From contig NC_083445.1 of NCBI RefSeq assembly GCF_020745735.1, forward strand, positions 2,046,001-2,110,000: a stretch of DNA of 64,000 nucleotides, read 5' to 3'. The position numbers and the translations under genes are program-made. The notes under the pieces were generated by a model. It was given only the letters and a program-made list of their open reading frames with translations. It did no database searches and was not told the origin of the DNA. Positions 46,891 through 59,149 of the stretch are shown here, piece after piece. Positions within the stretch are counted from its first letter, which is position 1; each line of letters begins with the position of its first letter. This DNA comes from Hemiscyllium ocellatum. Its lineage: Eukaryota.

Positions 46891-48053
46891 GACTCAGCCT
46901 GCTGTGAATTGAATGCCTCCGACATTTGGGAGATGCCAATATATCAAATGTTGAAACAAGATATTGGAATTTTTCATCTGGAATTACTGCCATTTTATTT
47001 TAATAGTTTCCGGGAAAGGAAATAGGTTATTTTCATTAACATCGAGCTGAGTTAGTCAGGCCGAGTACAGATTGCAGAGCCCGTCCACATTCTAGTGACA
47101 TGGGTTTCCAGATCATTTCACCTCATCGACTTCTGCAGTTCTTCACTGTGACTTCTTATGTGACAAGTGGGTAAAAACATATTTAAAATCAGTGGATAGT
47201 GTTTACTCAGTGTATTTGTGCTGCAGTTCACAATGCGTACAGTTATGTTTAAATGCGGACATTTCTCGTGTGTACTTGTTCTGTAATGAATGATGGATTT
47301 CTTGTTATTCGTTAATATTAAGAACAACATTATTAGGCACGTTTCTGGTCTGTGTTGTTAGAAGCAAAAAGAGGGAGAGAGAGAGATGGTTATTCAGGAT
47401 TGTGTGTTGCTCTGACTCAGCCTGTTTTGTGATAAGTGAGGCTCCGTACATTCACTGAGATGTTTGATGGGTTAGCTGGAAGTGGGGTTCTCTCACCCCA
47501 CACCCAGCACAGGCTCTCGACTCTCTTCACCGTCCCTCGAGCAGAGATGGCAGAGCTCTGGGCTCCGTTGAGTTCAGTGAGTTGGAACAGTGTGGTTTCT
47601 GCTGTTCCAGTGCTGTTAGACCTGACGGTGCTGAGTTGCTGCCGGTGTACCATCCCGGGAGCAGCAATTCCAACTGTCTGTTCAAACTGTTCAAACAGTT
47701 CAAACCCGCTTCAGCGGGTCAGTGTGGACTTGTTGGGCCAAAGGGCCTGTTTCCACACTGTAGGTAATCTAATCTAATCTAATAAAGAAGACCCAAAATT
47801 GGCCAAACAATGGCAAATGAAATGTAATCCTGAAAATGGTGAGGTAATGCATTTTGGGTAGACTAACAAGGCAAGTGAATGGTCAGACCCGACATACAGA
47901 GGATCCGAAGGACCTTGTTCTTAAATCCTTGAAAGCAACATGGCAGGTAGATAAGGTGGTTAGGAAGGCACATGGGATACTTGCCTCTATTATTCAAGGC
48001 ATTGAATACAAGAGCAGTGAGGTTATGATGGAGCTGTTTCCAACACTAGTTAG

Positions 48054-49148
48054 CCATGCTTTGGAGGTGCAGGTGTTGGACTGGGGTGGACAAGTTAAAA
48101 ATCACACAACTGCAAATGTGTTGCTGGTCAAAGCACAGCAGGTTAGGCAGCATCTCAGGAATAGAGAATTCGACGTTTCGAGCATAAGCCCTTCATCAGG
48201 AAAACGTCGAATTCTCTATTCCTGAGATGCTGCCTAACCTGCTGTGCTTTGACCAGCAACACATTTGCAGCTGTGATCTCCAGCATCTGCAGACCTCATT
48301 TTTTACTCAAAAATCACACAACACCAGGTAATAGCCAACAGCGCTGCTCCTTTGTCAGTTAGTGAGACAGGATCATAGGACACAGAATTTTAGTAAACCA
48401 TCAGTGTCATACAACTGATGCAATTTATTGAACAAATATACACACACTCTTACACGATCACACACGCTTATGCAGACACTCTCTCATCCACACACCCTCT
48501 CACAGATATATATACTCCATCACACTCACACACACACACACACACACACAGTATTAAGCATGCACAAATAGACACACACACTCACACGCATGCACATTCA
48601 TTCACACACTCTTTCCCTCTTTCTCGCACACATACTTTCTCTCCCTCATATGCACGCACGCACACATATAAGTCTGTAAAGTGGATTTGCTTTTGCAGAA
48701 TTATATTTGCAGATATATGCTATTTTGCTGAAAAAGCACACAGTCTGTAGGCAGTCAGTCCACATCGGATTTGATAAATTCCTACTTTGGAAACAGAATC
48801 AGTCTGACTCAAGTTTGGGATACAGACAGACTCTAACTTCACACCTTTAATGCATTGTCTGAGCTGAGATGTCACTTTTCTTTTATAAAAGGTTATGTTA
48901 TCTCTGGAATGTGACTTGATTTACATATTAATAATCAAAATGTGCACCCCCATTCAAAATGATTAAAACTGAACAGCAGTTGAGGTTTGTTGAACATATC
49001 ACATCAGTTGTATGACACTTTGATCTTTTACTCTCAATTCTATGTCCAATGATCCTACCCCACTAGCTACCAGATGAAGGAGCAATCTCCAAAAGCTCGT
49101 GCTTCCAAATAAACCTGTTGAACTATAACCTGGTGATGTGTGATTTTT
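48054..49148. mobile_element. PLE family B element with inverted termini and internal (CA)-rich tract
   Basis: The family B terminus is present in inverted orientation at both ends. The direct repeat aacactagttag lies at 48042-53 and 49149-60. Confidence 0.75.
48111..48308. mobile_element. Fold-back PLE mini-element, family A, with intact hammerhead core on the minus strand (48168-48202)
   Basis: Perfect 69-bp inverted repeat (48110-48178 / 48202-48270) with a 23-nt spacer. TSD aaaaatcacacaac at 48097-110 and 48309-22. Confidence 0.9.
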
Positions 49149-49376
49149 AACACTAGTTAGGCCACAGCTAGTACTGTGTTCAGTTCTGGTCACCACACTA
49201 TAGGAAAGATGTGATTGCATTGGAGGGGGTGCAGAGGAGATTCAGCAGGATGTTGCCTGGCTACAACAACTCAGTGATGAAAAGAGACAAGATGGGCTGG
49301 GGTTGTTTTCCTTAGAGCACAGAAGACTGAAGGGGGACCTGGTTGAGGTGTACACAATTAGGGGGCATAAATAAAT

Positions 49377-49701
49377 TTGGGGTGGCTCAGTGGTTAGTAC
49401 TGCTGCCTCACAGTGCCAGGGACCTGGGTTTGATTCCAGGCTTGGGTGACCGTCTATGTAGAGTTTGCATGTTCTCCCTATGTCTGCGTGGGTTTCCTTC
49501 AGGTGCTCCAGTTTCCCCCCACAATCCAAAGATGTGCAGTTTAGGTGACTTGGCCATGCTAAATTGCCCATAGTGTTCGATGCATTAATTAGGGTAAATA
49601 TAGGGTAGGGGATTGGGTCTGTGTGGGTTAATCTTAAGAGGTTCGGTGTGGACTTACTGGGCAAAAGGGCCTGTTTCCACACTGTAGTGAATCTAATCTA
49701 A
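49377..49701 (+). mobile_element. HE1-type SINE
   Basis: Head ggtggctcagtggttagtactgctgcctcacagtgccagggacctgggtttgattcc, V-SINE core and tail gggcctgtttccacactgtagtgaatctaatcta. Confidence 0.88.
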
Positions 49702-49854
49702 AGGAGACGGGAAGAAACATTTCCTCTCAGGAGAGGTGATTTAAGGCATATTTTCTTCATCAGAGAGTGGATGGTGGGTAACTGGAAGTCACTATCTGAA
49801 AGGATGATAGAAACAGGTTTAACTTTCCAAACACTGACTAGGTTTTCTCATAGT

Positions 49855-49985
49855 CAAAAGTGAGGACTGCAGATGCTGGAGATTAGAGTGTGTGGTGCTG
49901 GAAAAGCACAGCACGTCAGGCTGCATCCAAGGAACTGGAGAATCGACATTTCAGGCAAAAGCCTTTCATCAGGAATGGCGAAATA
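49855..49985 (-). mobile_element. Single-arm PLE family A terminus ending at its hammerhead, inserted in a CR1
   Basis: Runs from aaaagtgaggactgcag to cctttcatcaggaat. A decayed direct repeat flanks it (actaggttttctcatagt / actaggattctcattgt). Confidence 0.7.
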
Positions 49986-52900
49986 ACTAGGATTCTCATT
50001 GTGTTAAGTGCCTAGAGGGGGAGGACTTTGTTAAGTGTGTACAGGAAAACATCCTTATTCAACATGTGCATGTATCTATTAGAGAAAGAGCAATATTTGA
50101 CCTCCTGTTAGGAAACAAAGCAGGGCAAGTGACTGAAGTGTCAGTGGAGGAGCACTTTGAAGCAAGTGATCATAATTTTATTTGTCTTTTAAAAGAGTTA
50201 TAAAAAAGTATAGAACTGATCAAAACGTTAAAGACTTAAGTTAGGGCAAGGCCAATTTTGATGGTATTACAGAGAAACTTTTCAAAGGTTAATTGGAGAT
50301 CATTATTTCCAGGTATGGGGATGGTTGGAAAGTGTAAGAGCTTTAAAAAAAAAGGATAATGAGAGTTCAGAGACAGTTCCTGTTAGTGCAAAGGGCAAGG
50401 CTGGTAGGTGTAGGGAATGCTGGATGACTAGAGAAATTGAGGCTTTGGTTAGGAAAAGGAGGCATATGTCGGGTATAGACAGCTGGGATCGAGTGAATCC
50501 CTAGACTAGTATGAGGGCAGTAGGAGGGAAATCAGGAGGGCAAAAGGGGGACAAGTGATAGCTTTGGCAAATGTCTTGGAGAGAGTTAACATTACAGAAG
50601 AGGATGTGCTGGAGAACTTAAATTTATATAGGTAGATAAATCCCTGAGACCTGATCAACTGTATCGCAGAACTTTGTGGGGAGCCACGACACAGTTTACA
50701 GGGTCCCTTGCTGAGATAGAATCCCTACAGTCTGGATATTTGTATCATCAATAGGGTGGGCACTGGAAGACTGGAGGTTGGCTAATGTGGTGACATTATT
50801 TAAGAATAGGATGTAAGGAAAAAGTGGGGAACAAAAGACTGATGAGCCTTACGTCAATGGGGGGCAAGTTGATGGAGGAGATTCTGAGGGACAGGATCTA
50901 CATGCATTTGGAAAGGCAAAAACTGATTAGGGATAGTCAACATGGCTTGGTGGTTGAGAAATTGTGTCTCACTGATTTACAGAGAGCATGTACAGCACAG
51001 TACAGGCCCTTCAGCCCTCGATGTTGTGCTGGCCTTGTATCCTACTGGAAGATCAAACTAACCTACTTTCCCTTCATTTCACTATTATCCATGTGCCTAT
51101 CCAAGAGTCACTTAGATGTCCCTAATGTATCTGACACTACTACCATTGCTGGCAGTGCATTCTACACACGCACCAGTCTCTGTGTAAAGAACCTAGCTCT
51201 GACATCTCCTCTAAACCTTCCTCCAATCACCTTAAAATTATGCCCCTAATGATAGTCATTTCTGGCCTTGGAAAAATTCTCAGACTACTCACTCTATCTA
51301 TGCCTCTCATCATCTTGTACACGCCTATCAAGTCACCTCTCATCCTTCTACACTCCAATGAGAAAAGCCCTAGCACCCTCTACCTTTCTTCATAAGACAT
51401 GCCCTCCAGTCCAGGCAGCATCCTGGTAAATCTCCTCTGCACTCTCTATAAAGCTTCCACATCCTTCCACTAACGAGGCGACCAGAACTGAACACAATAT
51501 TCCAAGTGTGGTCTAACCAGGGCTCTACAGAGCTGCAGCACAACTTTACAGCTCTTAAACTCAATCCCCCTGCTAATGAAAGGCAACACACCGTGTAACT
51601 TCTTAACAACCCTATCAATTTGGGCGACAAATTTGAGGGATCTATGGACATAGACCCCAAGATTCCTTTGTTCCTCCACACTGCCAAGAATCCTGCCTTT
51701 AATCCTGTATTTTGTATTCAAATTCAAACTTCCAAAATGAATCATTTCATACTTTTCCAGGTTGAACTCCATCTGCCACTTCTCAGCCCAGCTCTGCATC
51801 CTGTCAATGTCCCGTTGCAACTATACCAGCCCTCCAAACTATCAACCACTCCACCAACAGTCATGTCATTGGCAAACTTACTAACCCACCCTTCTACTTT
51901 CTCACCAAGTCATTTATAAAAATCACAAAGAGCAGAGGTTCCAAAAACCATCCCTGTGGAACATCACTGGTCACCTAGCTCCAGGCTGAACACTGTCCAT
52001 AAACTACCACCCTCTTTCCTCTATTGGCCAGCCAATCTGTGTCCAGACAGCCAAATATCCCTGTATTCTATGCCTCCTTACTTTCTGAATGAGCCTACCA
52101 TGAGGTACCTATCAAACACCTTGGTAAAATCCATATACACCATATCCACTGCTCTACCTTCATCAATGTGTTTTGTCATATCCTTCAATAAGGCTTACGA
52201 GGCATGACCTGCCACTCACAAAACCATGCTATCTTTAATGAAACTATGGTTTTCCAAGTAATCATCAGTCCTGTCTCTCAGAATCCTCTCCAATAATTTG
52301 CCTGCTACAGACATCAGACTGATTGATCCGTAATTCCCAGAATTATCCGTATTCACTTTCTTGACCAAGGGAATAACATTTGCCACCCTCCAGTCATCTA
52401 ATACTACTTCACTGGACAGTGAGGACACAAAATTCATCGCCAAAGACACAGCAACCTCTTCCCTTGCTTCCTGTACTGACTTTAGGTATATGCCATCTCT
52501 GGCCCAGGGGAATTATGTATACTTACATTTTTCAAACTTTTCAGCACATCCTTTTTCTTAACATCAACCTGTTCAAGCATATCTGCGTGTTTTACATTGT
52601 CCTCACAAATGAGAAGGACCCCCTTAGTAATGAATACTGAAGCAAAGTATTCATTAAGGACCTCCCCTACCTCCTCTGACTCCAGGCACATGTTCCCTCC
52701 ACTATCCCTGATCAGCCCTGCCATAACACTGGCCATCCTCTTGTTCCTCACATAAGTGTCGAATTCCTTGGTGTTATCCTTAATCCAAGCCGCTAAAGCA
52801 TGTTCATGCCCCCTTCTAGTTCTCCTAAGTCCATTCTTCAGTTCCTTCCTGGCTACCTCGTGACTCTCTGGAGCCCTGTCTGATCCTTGCCTCCTCAACT

Positions 52901-53069
52901 TTAAGTAAAGTTCATTCTTCCGCTCGATTAGATGTTCAACATTTCTTGTCATCCAAATTTCCTTCACCCTACCATCCCTTCCTTGCCTCAATGATACAAA
53001 GCTATCCAGTATTATCAGCAAGTGCTTCCTAAACAACCTCCACAATTCTGTTCTGCATTTCCCTTTCGG
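49986..53069. mobile_element. Cluster of decayed CR1 fragments (+ strand to about 50970, - strand thereafter)
   Basis: ORFs read LERQKLIRDSQHGLV (+), and [30 protein letters not shown] and ARKELKNGLRRTRRGHE (-). Confidence 0.8.
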
Positions 53070-53198
53070 GAGAAAGTGTGGACTGCAGATGCTGGAGATC
53101 AAAGCTGAAAAATGTGTTGCTGGAAAAGTGCAGCAGGTCAGGCAGCATCCAAGGAGCAGGAGAATTGATGTTTCGGGCATAAGCCCTTCTTGAGGAAT
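53070..53198 (-). mobile_element. Single-arm PLE family A terminus ending at its hammerhead
   Basis: Runs from gagaaagtgtggactgcagatgctggag to tttcgggcataagcccttcttgaggaat. Confidence 0.75.
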
Positions 53199-53249
53199 GC
53201 AGATCACAAACCCTTCTAGGTCTACTTAAAGAGGACAAGATGTGGAGGT

Positions 53250-53447
53250 GGCGGTATTGGACTGGGAGGACTACGTTCAAAATTGCACAACACCAGTTTA
53301 TAGTCCAACAGATTTATTTGGATGTACTTGCTTTCAGAGTGCTGCCCCTTATAGCTACAAATTATGATCCTGCCCCACTAGTTACCTTAAAGCTAGTACT
53401 TCCAAATGAACCTGTTAAACTATAAACTGGTGTTGTGTGATTTTTAA
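53250..53447. mobile_element. Decayed fold-back PLE mini-element, family B
   Basis: cacaacaccagtttatagtccaacag is inverted against ctgttaaactataaactggtgttgtg. Both arms converge on hammerhead remnants. Confidence 0.7.
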
Positions 53448-53449
53448 CG

Positions 53450-55365
53450 GAAGAGGACAAGGCAGTGCTGCTCACAGCTTCAGATTGAATTCAGCGGTGG
53501 GCTCTAATTATAAGTCTGTACAATTACAGGTTGGAACACTGTCTGGGAGGCCAAGGAGCAAATGTAGTTGCACTGAACTGCCTCCTGCTGAAAGGTACAC
53601 CACCGGTGGGACCACTACAGGAAGAGTCCGCTCTGGTTTTAAACTTTCTGGACACACTTCCAGTCACAGCTGACAATGTCAGACTCTGGACAAAGATCCA
53701 GTCCTGGCAAAACTGAATCAGCTGGTGATGATGGGGTGGGGGTGGGAGGGGGGGAGCCAAAGGGCCATCACAATCAGAATTGAAATGTTTCTGGACCTAG
53801 AGAGATCAGATCACAGTTGAGGACAGCATTTTATTATGGGGAGCAAGAGTGGTTGTCCGTAGCAAGGGTCAGCACCAAGATACTGACTGAACTCCACCAG
53901 GGGTGTACAAGGGTTTCCAAAATGAAGACATTGATGAGAAGTTATTGGATTGGAGGATTGGATGCAGACAAAGCTGCATTGGTGGGGCAATTCCCACAAG
54001 GACAAAAATGGCCAAAAGCACTCCCCACATTTGTGGAAATGGTTGGGTAAACACTGGACTCGGTTACACTTTGACTATGCAGCTCCTTTCATGAGCTCAA
54101 TGTCCTTAGTCTTTTTGGATATCCACTCAAAATGGCTGGATATGCGTAGAGTTAATTCGTCTTACACATGGATGATGACAGAAGTACTGCAAATATTTTA
54201 CAATACGTGGACTGTTCGAGATGTTGGTCACAGATAACAGACTATCATTTCAAGCAGGGAACTTGAGTATTTCCTAAAGCCAAATGATATGCATCACATA
54301 GGACAGCTCCGAGCCATTCCATCATCCAATGGTCTGGCAGATAAACCATTTCAAATTTTGTAGGCAGGCTAAAGAAAACAGCCTACAGCTTCACTCAATA
54401 CCAAACTGTCCCAGTTCCTATTTGACTATCGACCCATCCCTCATGCAACTACAGGGATAGCTCCAGCAGAGTTGCTAATGGGTAGAAGACTCCACAACAG
54501 GTTAAACCTGATCTTCCTAGCCTTGAGGGGAGGGTGAAATGGCATCAGAAACATCAATCCTGGACACAATGCTCCATTAAATGAGAGACAGTTTACTTTA
54601 GGGCTCAAAGTTTGATGTAGGAAGCTGGGAATGGTCTTGCATGGGTTGGAGGCACAGTCAACGTAAGGTCAGGTCCAGTGATGTTAAGGTTTGGGTAGGG
54701 GCAACAGTCCTGAACAAGTACATGAATCATATGAAAGCTGCAAACATTGCAGGAGCAAAATGCGCCCTGCTCTTCACTGCCTTTCTGGCTGTTCAAACAC
54801 CCATGGGGTCTCCGTCTCCGTTAAGCATTTAAGATACCACAGAATCTGAGGTGGATGTCACCGCCTCAATGACTTTGCCACTTAAAGAGGAGAATAAAGA
54901 GGGAGGGATATAATAATTGTAACGAGGTCAGCCAGGTGGACATCATAGAAACTGAAACAATTGCTGATGGTGTAAATCAGAAAAAAAATCAAAATTGCTG
55001 GAAAAGCTCAGCAAGTCTTGCAGCATCTGTGGAGAGAAATCAGAGTTAATATTTCCTGTCGAATGACCCTTCCTCACTTGACCCCAAACATTAGGTCTGA
55101 TTTGTCTCCATAGACGCTGCCAGAATTACTGAGCTTTTCCAGCAATCTTGATTTTTGTTTCTGGGTATCATAGAATGAGTTCCCTGGTTGGGCCTTTGAT
55201 CCTGTCCAGTCAGGGAGCCCTGGCTGACAGGTATAAACAGGAGTGTCAGAGGTTCTGTTCACTCTGAGAGCTGATTCTGACGAGATGGATCAGTCTCAAG
55301 GACTGTCCACATGTAAATAAAGGGTGACTTGGTGACAGGATACCGTCCTCTGTTGAAATATTTTA
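53450..55365 (+). mobile_element. 5'-truncated Gypsy element (integrase region, polypurine tract, 3' LTR 54918-55365)
   Basis: Reads VLNFLDTLPVTADNVRLWT, WTRLHFDYAAPFM and ...DIHSKWLD, homologous to the Gypsy at 15205-20780. gagggaggga precedes tgtaacgagg, and the LTR contains tataaa and aataaa. Confidence 0.8.
54977..55163. mobile_element. Fold-back PLE-like mini-element, third family (C), inside the LTR
   Basis: aaattgctggaaaagctcagcaagtcttgcagcatctgtggagagaaatcaga is inverted against tctgatttgtctccatagacgctgccagaattactgagcttttccagcaat. atcatagaa is duplicated at 54942-50 and 55167-75. Confidence 0.7.
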
Positions 55366-55496
55366 GTAACCTTTTGTTGAATGTGTATACACACTTACAT
55401 TTCTTATGCATATGAGTAAATGTGTGGGGAGATGGAACATGGTCCTCAGGTACACTATTTCAGTGAAACCTGCTAACTGTGATTCTCCTTTAACAG

Positions 55497-55811
55497 ATCG
55501 AGAGATAAACATCACAGTACTCCCTGAAGTGCTGGAGATTAACAGGACATATCGTCTGGAGTGCACTGGTCCAAGAGTCTATCCAAATAACAAACTCATT
55601 CTCACATGGCTGAGAGGGAGTGAGATTGTCCAGAGAGATTCCACAGGCGAACTAGGTCTTCCGGATGAAGATAAAAGGTTGAGAAATGTCTTCAATTTCG
55701 TTGCGAGTCAATCAGATGATGGACAGGAGTACACCTGCTTGGCTGAAGTGGACTCAGGCTCTAACACCACAAAGTCAATCACAAACTCTTCCGTCACTCT
55801 GCAAACTTACG
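55497..55811 (+). CDS. ICAM-like gene B, Ig domain exon (D2)
   Basis: Acceptor ctcctttaacag, donor G|gtaagt, 315 nt, phase 1/1. LECTGPRVYPNNKLILTWLRG...DDGQEYTCLAEVD resembles ICAM/VCAM D2. Confidence 0.92.
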
Positions 55812-55849
55812 GTAAGTTCCAATTGCACAAGATATTACAGACAAAAAAG

Positions 55850-56210
55850 CCTTATAGAATCATAGAGATGTACAGCACGGAAACAGACCCTTCGGTCCAA
55901 TCTGTCCATGCCGACCAGATATCCCAGCCCACTCTAGTCCCACCTGCCAGCACCCGGCCCATATCCCTCTAAACCCTTCCTATTCATATACCCATCCAAA
56001 TGCCTCTTAAATGTTACAATTGTACCAGTCTCTACCCCTTCCTCTGGCAGCTCATTCCATACACATACCATTCTCTGTGTGAAAAAGTTGCCCAGTAGGT
56101 ATCTTTTATATCTTTACCCTCTCACCCTAAACCTATGCCCTCTAGTTTTGGACTTCCTGACCTCAGGGAAGAGACTTTGCCTATTTACCCTATCCATGCC
56201 CCTCTTCTTG
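55850..56210 (-). mobile_element. CR1 3' end
   Basis: atagaatcatagagatgtacagcacggaaacagacccttcggtcc is the reverse complement of a typical CR1 tail. Confidence 0.8.
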
Positions 56211-56849
56211 GATTATGGTGCAAATATGCAGTAAGTGTAAATGTTTTCTTTAAGTCAGCCAGAGCGTGTGCAAACCATAGTTTGAAAGTGAAAGCCTAGA
56301 ATCATTTTGCAATAACTTTGTTTTATAAGCTGAGTCTTAATAACATAATTCCAAAAGACATTCAAGGCCTATTCTGATTCCTGAGGCTTGATTTTCAAAC
56401 TGGGAACATTAAGTGGGGATAGAAGCTGCTACTGGCTCAATCAGGGAATCCAGAATTGACGTGCTCTGTCATTTCCAATATCTGGGTCATTTCCAGGTCC
56501 TAATCTCATGCCACACACTGACACAAAGCACATCAATTCCAGATTCCATAACTGAACCAATAGCAGCTTCTGCCCCCAGTTAATGTCACTAAGCACCTGG
56601 TGATGATGGGAACTGACTGCTGAGCACAATCCTCAAAGGGAGTCAGCAGCAATAGGCGAGCTACTGCTTAGCAGACTTTTAGTGCAGAGAAGTGGGCAAT
56701 CAGCCAACATACATGAATTACCCATTATTAAAAACTGTTCTTCCTCATTGTGGTAACCCTAACAAAGTACACGGGAATCATTAATTAATCTCCTCATGGA
56801 GCTTGTTGAGTATAAGTTCCCTTGTAACAGGCAATGGGCTGCCCAACTG

Positions 56850-56970
56850 GAACTCAACACCTTATGGTGCAGTGGTAGTGTCCTTGCCCCTGGACCTGGC
56901 GGCCTAGGTTCTAGACGCACCTGATCCAGAGGTGTGTAATACCATCTTTGAACTGGTTAACTAGAAAAAT
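56850..56970 (+). mobile_element. Short tRNA-derived SINE abutting the duplication boundary
   Basis: Box-A-like tggtgcagtggtagtg and box-B-like ggttctag, with an A-rich end (tagaaaaat) directly joined to the duplicated block. Confidence 0.55.
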
Positions 56971-57654
56971 AGAACAAACTAATCCAGCACTGTCTGCAAG
57001 TGCTCCCTGAACAACCTCCACATTTTTGTCATGTATTTCCCTGAGAATATCTATTCCCAATTTAGTGACGCAAGTTCCCACCAGTAGCATTGTAATTCCC
57101 CCTCCCCAATTAAATACTTTCCCAACCGCCTGCTCCTACCCCTCTCCATGAGTACAGTAAAGGTCAGGGAGTTGTCATGACTGTCACCGAAATACTCTCC
57201 CACTCAGTGATCTGACACCTGACCTGCTTTATTGCCAAGCACCAAATCCAATGTGGCCTCTCCTCTAATCAGCCTATCTACATATTGAGTTAGGAATCCT
57301 TCCTGGAATACCTGACAAAGTCTGCTCCATCTAGATATTTGAACCAAGGAATATTCCCCAATCAATATTAGGGAAGTTGAAGTCACCTTGTAATGCCCTT
57401 ATCCTATGAATTGTCAAAAATACTTAGACAAATTCACCAATCACACACCGTGATTGGCATGACCAGTTCACTCTCAAAGTGCACTATGGCCTCCTGCAGA
57501 TGACTCCAGTTTTTTGACTATGAGTGAATGTGATAAATTCCTGGAGTGGTGTATTGTCCAATACCTACACTGGTCAGTTTCCTACTCTGTCCATTAAAAA
57601 CTGAAACACACTGCAGCAAATTAAAATGAAGTGAATTTCTTGTCTGTATTACAG

Positions 57655-57948
57655 CTTTCATGGATCAGCCGAGAATCCTGGACAAAAGACCCAAAGAAGT
57701 GAAGCGAGAAGTCACATTAACATGTGAGGTCTCAAATGTCTATCCTGCTGAGAAGATGAGAGTAAGATGGTTTCAGGATGGTGTGGAACTGAACTCAGAT
57801 ACCACAAGGCCAAATTCCAACACTGTCCGAATAACAGCAGCATGGACACCACAGGAATCTGGTCTGATGGAAGTCGTCTGTATGGCCGATTTTGAGAAAT
57901 ATCCTTCAATTCCCCCAAAGAATGATAGTGCTTTCATTGAGGTGTATG
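57655..57948 (+). CDS. ICAM-like gene B, Ig domain exon (D3)
   Basis: Same splice sites as 3269-3562, with 4 nt differences in 294 (2 synonymous, plus R>P and N>D). Confidence 0.9.
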
Positions 57949-58157
57949 GTAAGAATTCTGGTTGTGGGGGAGTTTAAAATCAGACAATATTCTGATAGTT
58001 CATCACTGTCAACAATACAAACATGTCAGCATTTCCAACACTTTCAGCAATAAAATCCTTTTTATTGAGTGACAAATTGGGAAGCTTGTGGAAATGTTTG
58101 TATACTCAGACTCTTGGTTGAGTAAAGCATAAACATTGGCTAATTAATTGGAATGGT

Positions 58158-58282
58158 AAAAAATGAGGTCTGCAGATGCTGGAGATCACAGCTGCAAATG
58201 TGTTGCTGGTCAAAGCACAGCATGCCAGGCAGCATCTCAGGAATAGAGAATTCGACGTTTCGAGCATAAGGGCTTATGCTCG
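58158..58282. mobile_element. 125-bp PLE family A mini-element with 17-bp TSD, absent from the paralogous intron
   Basis: taattaattggaatggt lies at 58141-57 and 58283-99. The empty site is at 3754-3770 in copy 1. Confidence 0.92.
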
Positions 58283-58861
58283 TAATTAATTGGAATGGTC
58301 TGTTTCTGTGCCATATCTTCTATATGACCCTCTGTCAATGAAAAGCATTCTGACAAAGTCTTAATGACTCGAGGTTCTCCAAGACCCTGAGACAATGTGA
58401 TTGACATTGTATGCGCTGCTCATAGGTGAGTGTTACTCACACTTAGTATTCCAGGATCACAAGAGAATGTTTAAATGTTTAAACAACCAATGTACCCTAA
58501 AAGCTGAAGGGGTGCAAAAACATACACCAATCTGGAATATACCGTGTGGGACGAAACAGGTGGTAATAAATAAATCTGCATTTAAATATATGCAGATTTC
58601 AGGATTCTAGAAACAGAAATGAGCAGAATACATTTTTGATGAGTTTGGGTCAGGAATGAATGTTGACTAAGATACTGCAAACACTGAAGGAACATGGAAG
58701 GATGGTGTAGGGGTTTGTACCTCTCCCTGATACAGCAATGAAGCAGGGGATGAGCAAGAAGCACGAAATGCAGCCTGCCTTTGTTTCATTGTTATTAACC
58801 CCACACTGAGGGACTGCAAGGTACAACAATGTTTCTAACAGTATCTTTCTATTATTTTTAG

Positions 58862-59149
58862 CTTTCTCTTCCCCTGAAATCCAAGTACCGACCACCCAGG
58901 AAGGAAATCTGGTTAATATTACGTGCCGTGTGTTGAATGTCTCAGGGGATCTTGAACTCAGACTGAAGAAAGGAAATGACACATTAGTGAATGGATCAAG
59001 CAGTACTGGGCTCACTATCTCTCATACAGTAGAGGCTGAAGCTAAGCTGGATGGTCAGCAGTATATCTGTGAAGCTGAACTGAAACTTCAAGATCACTCA
59101 ATGACGAGCCCTGTTATTAAACAACACATTGGAACTCTCCATGTCCTGT
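58862..59149 (+). CDS. ICAM-like gene B, Ig domain exon (D4)
   Basis: Same splice sites as 4333-4620, with 5 nt differences in 288 (2 synonymous, plus A>V, A>V and T>N). Confidence 0.9.

Larger units (their letters stand above)
47790..49375 (+). mobile_element. CR1 RT-end fragment hosting nested PLE insertions
   Basis: KVVRKAHGILASIIQGIEYKSSEVMMELFPTLV breaks at about 48053 and resumes at 49160 (ggccacagctagtactgtgttcagttctgg). Confidence 0.75.

Noticed and set aside
47118-47330. Minus-strand VNCST resembling the D1 MNCST motif (15-nt match)
   Set aside because: The similarity does not extend on either side, and there are no further Ig residues or splice sites.
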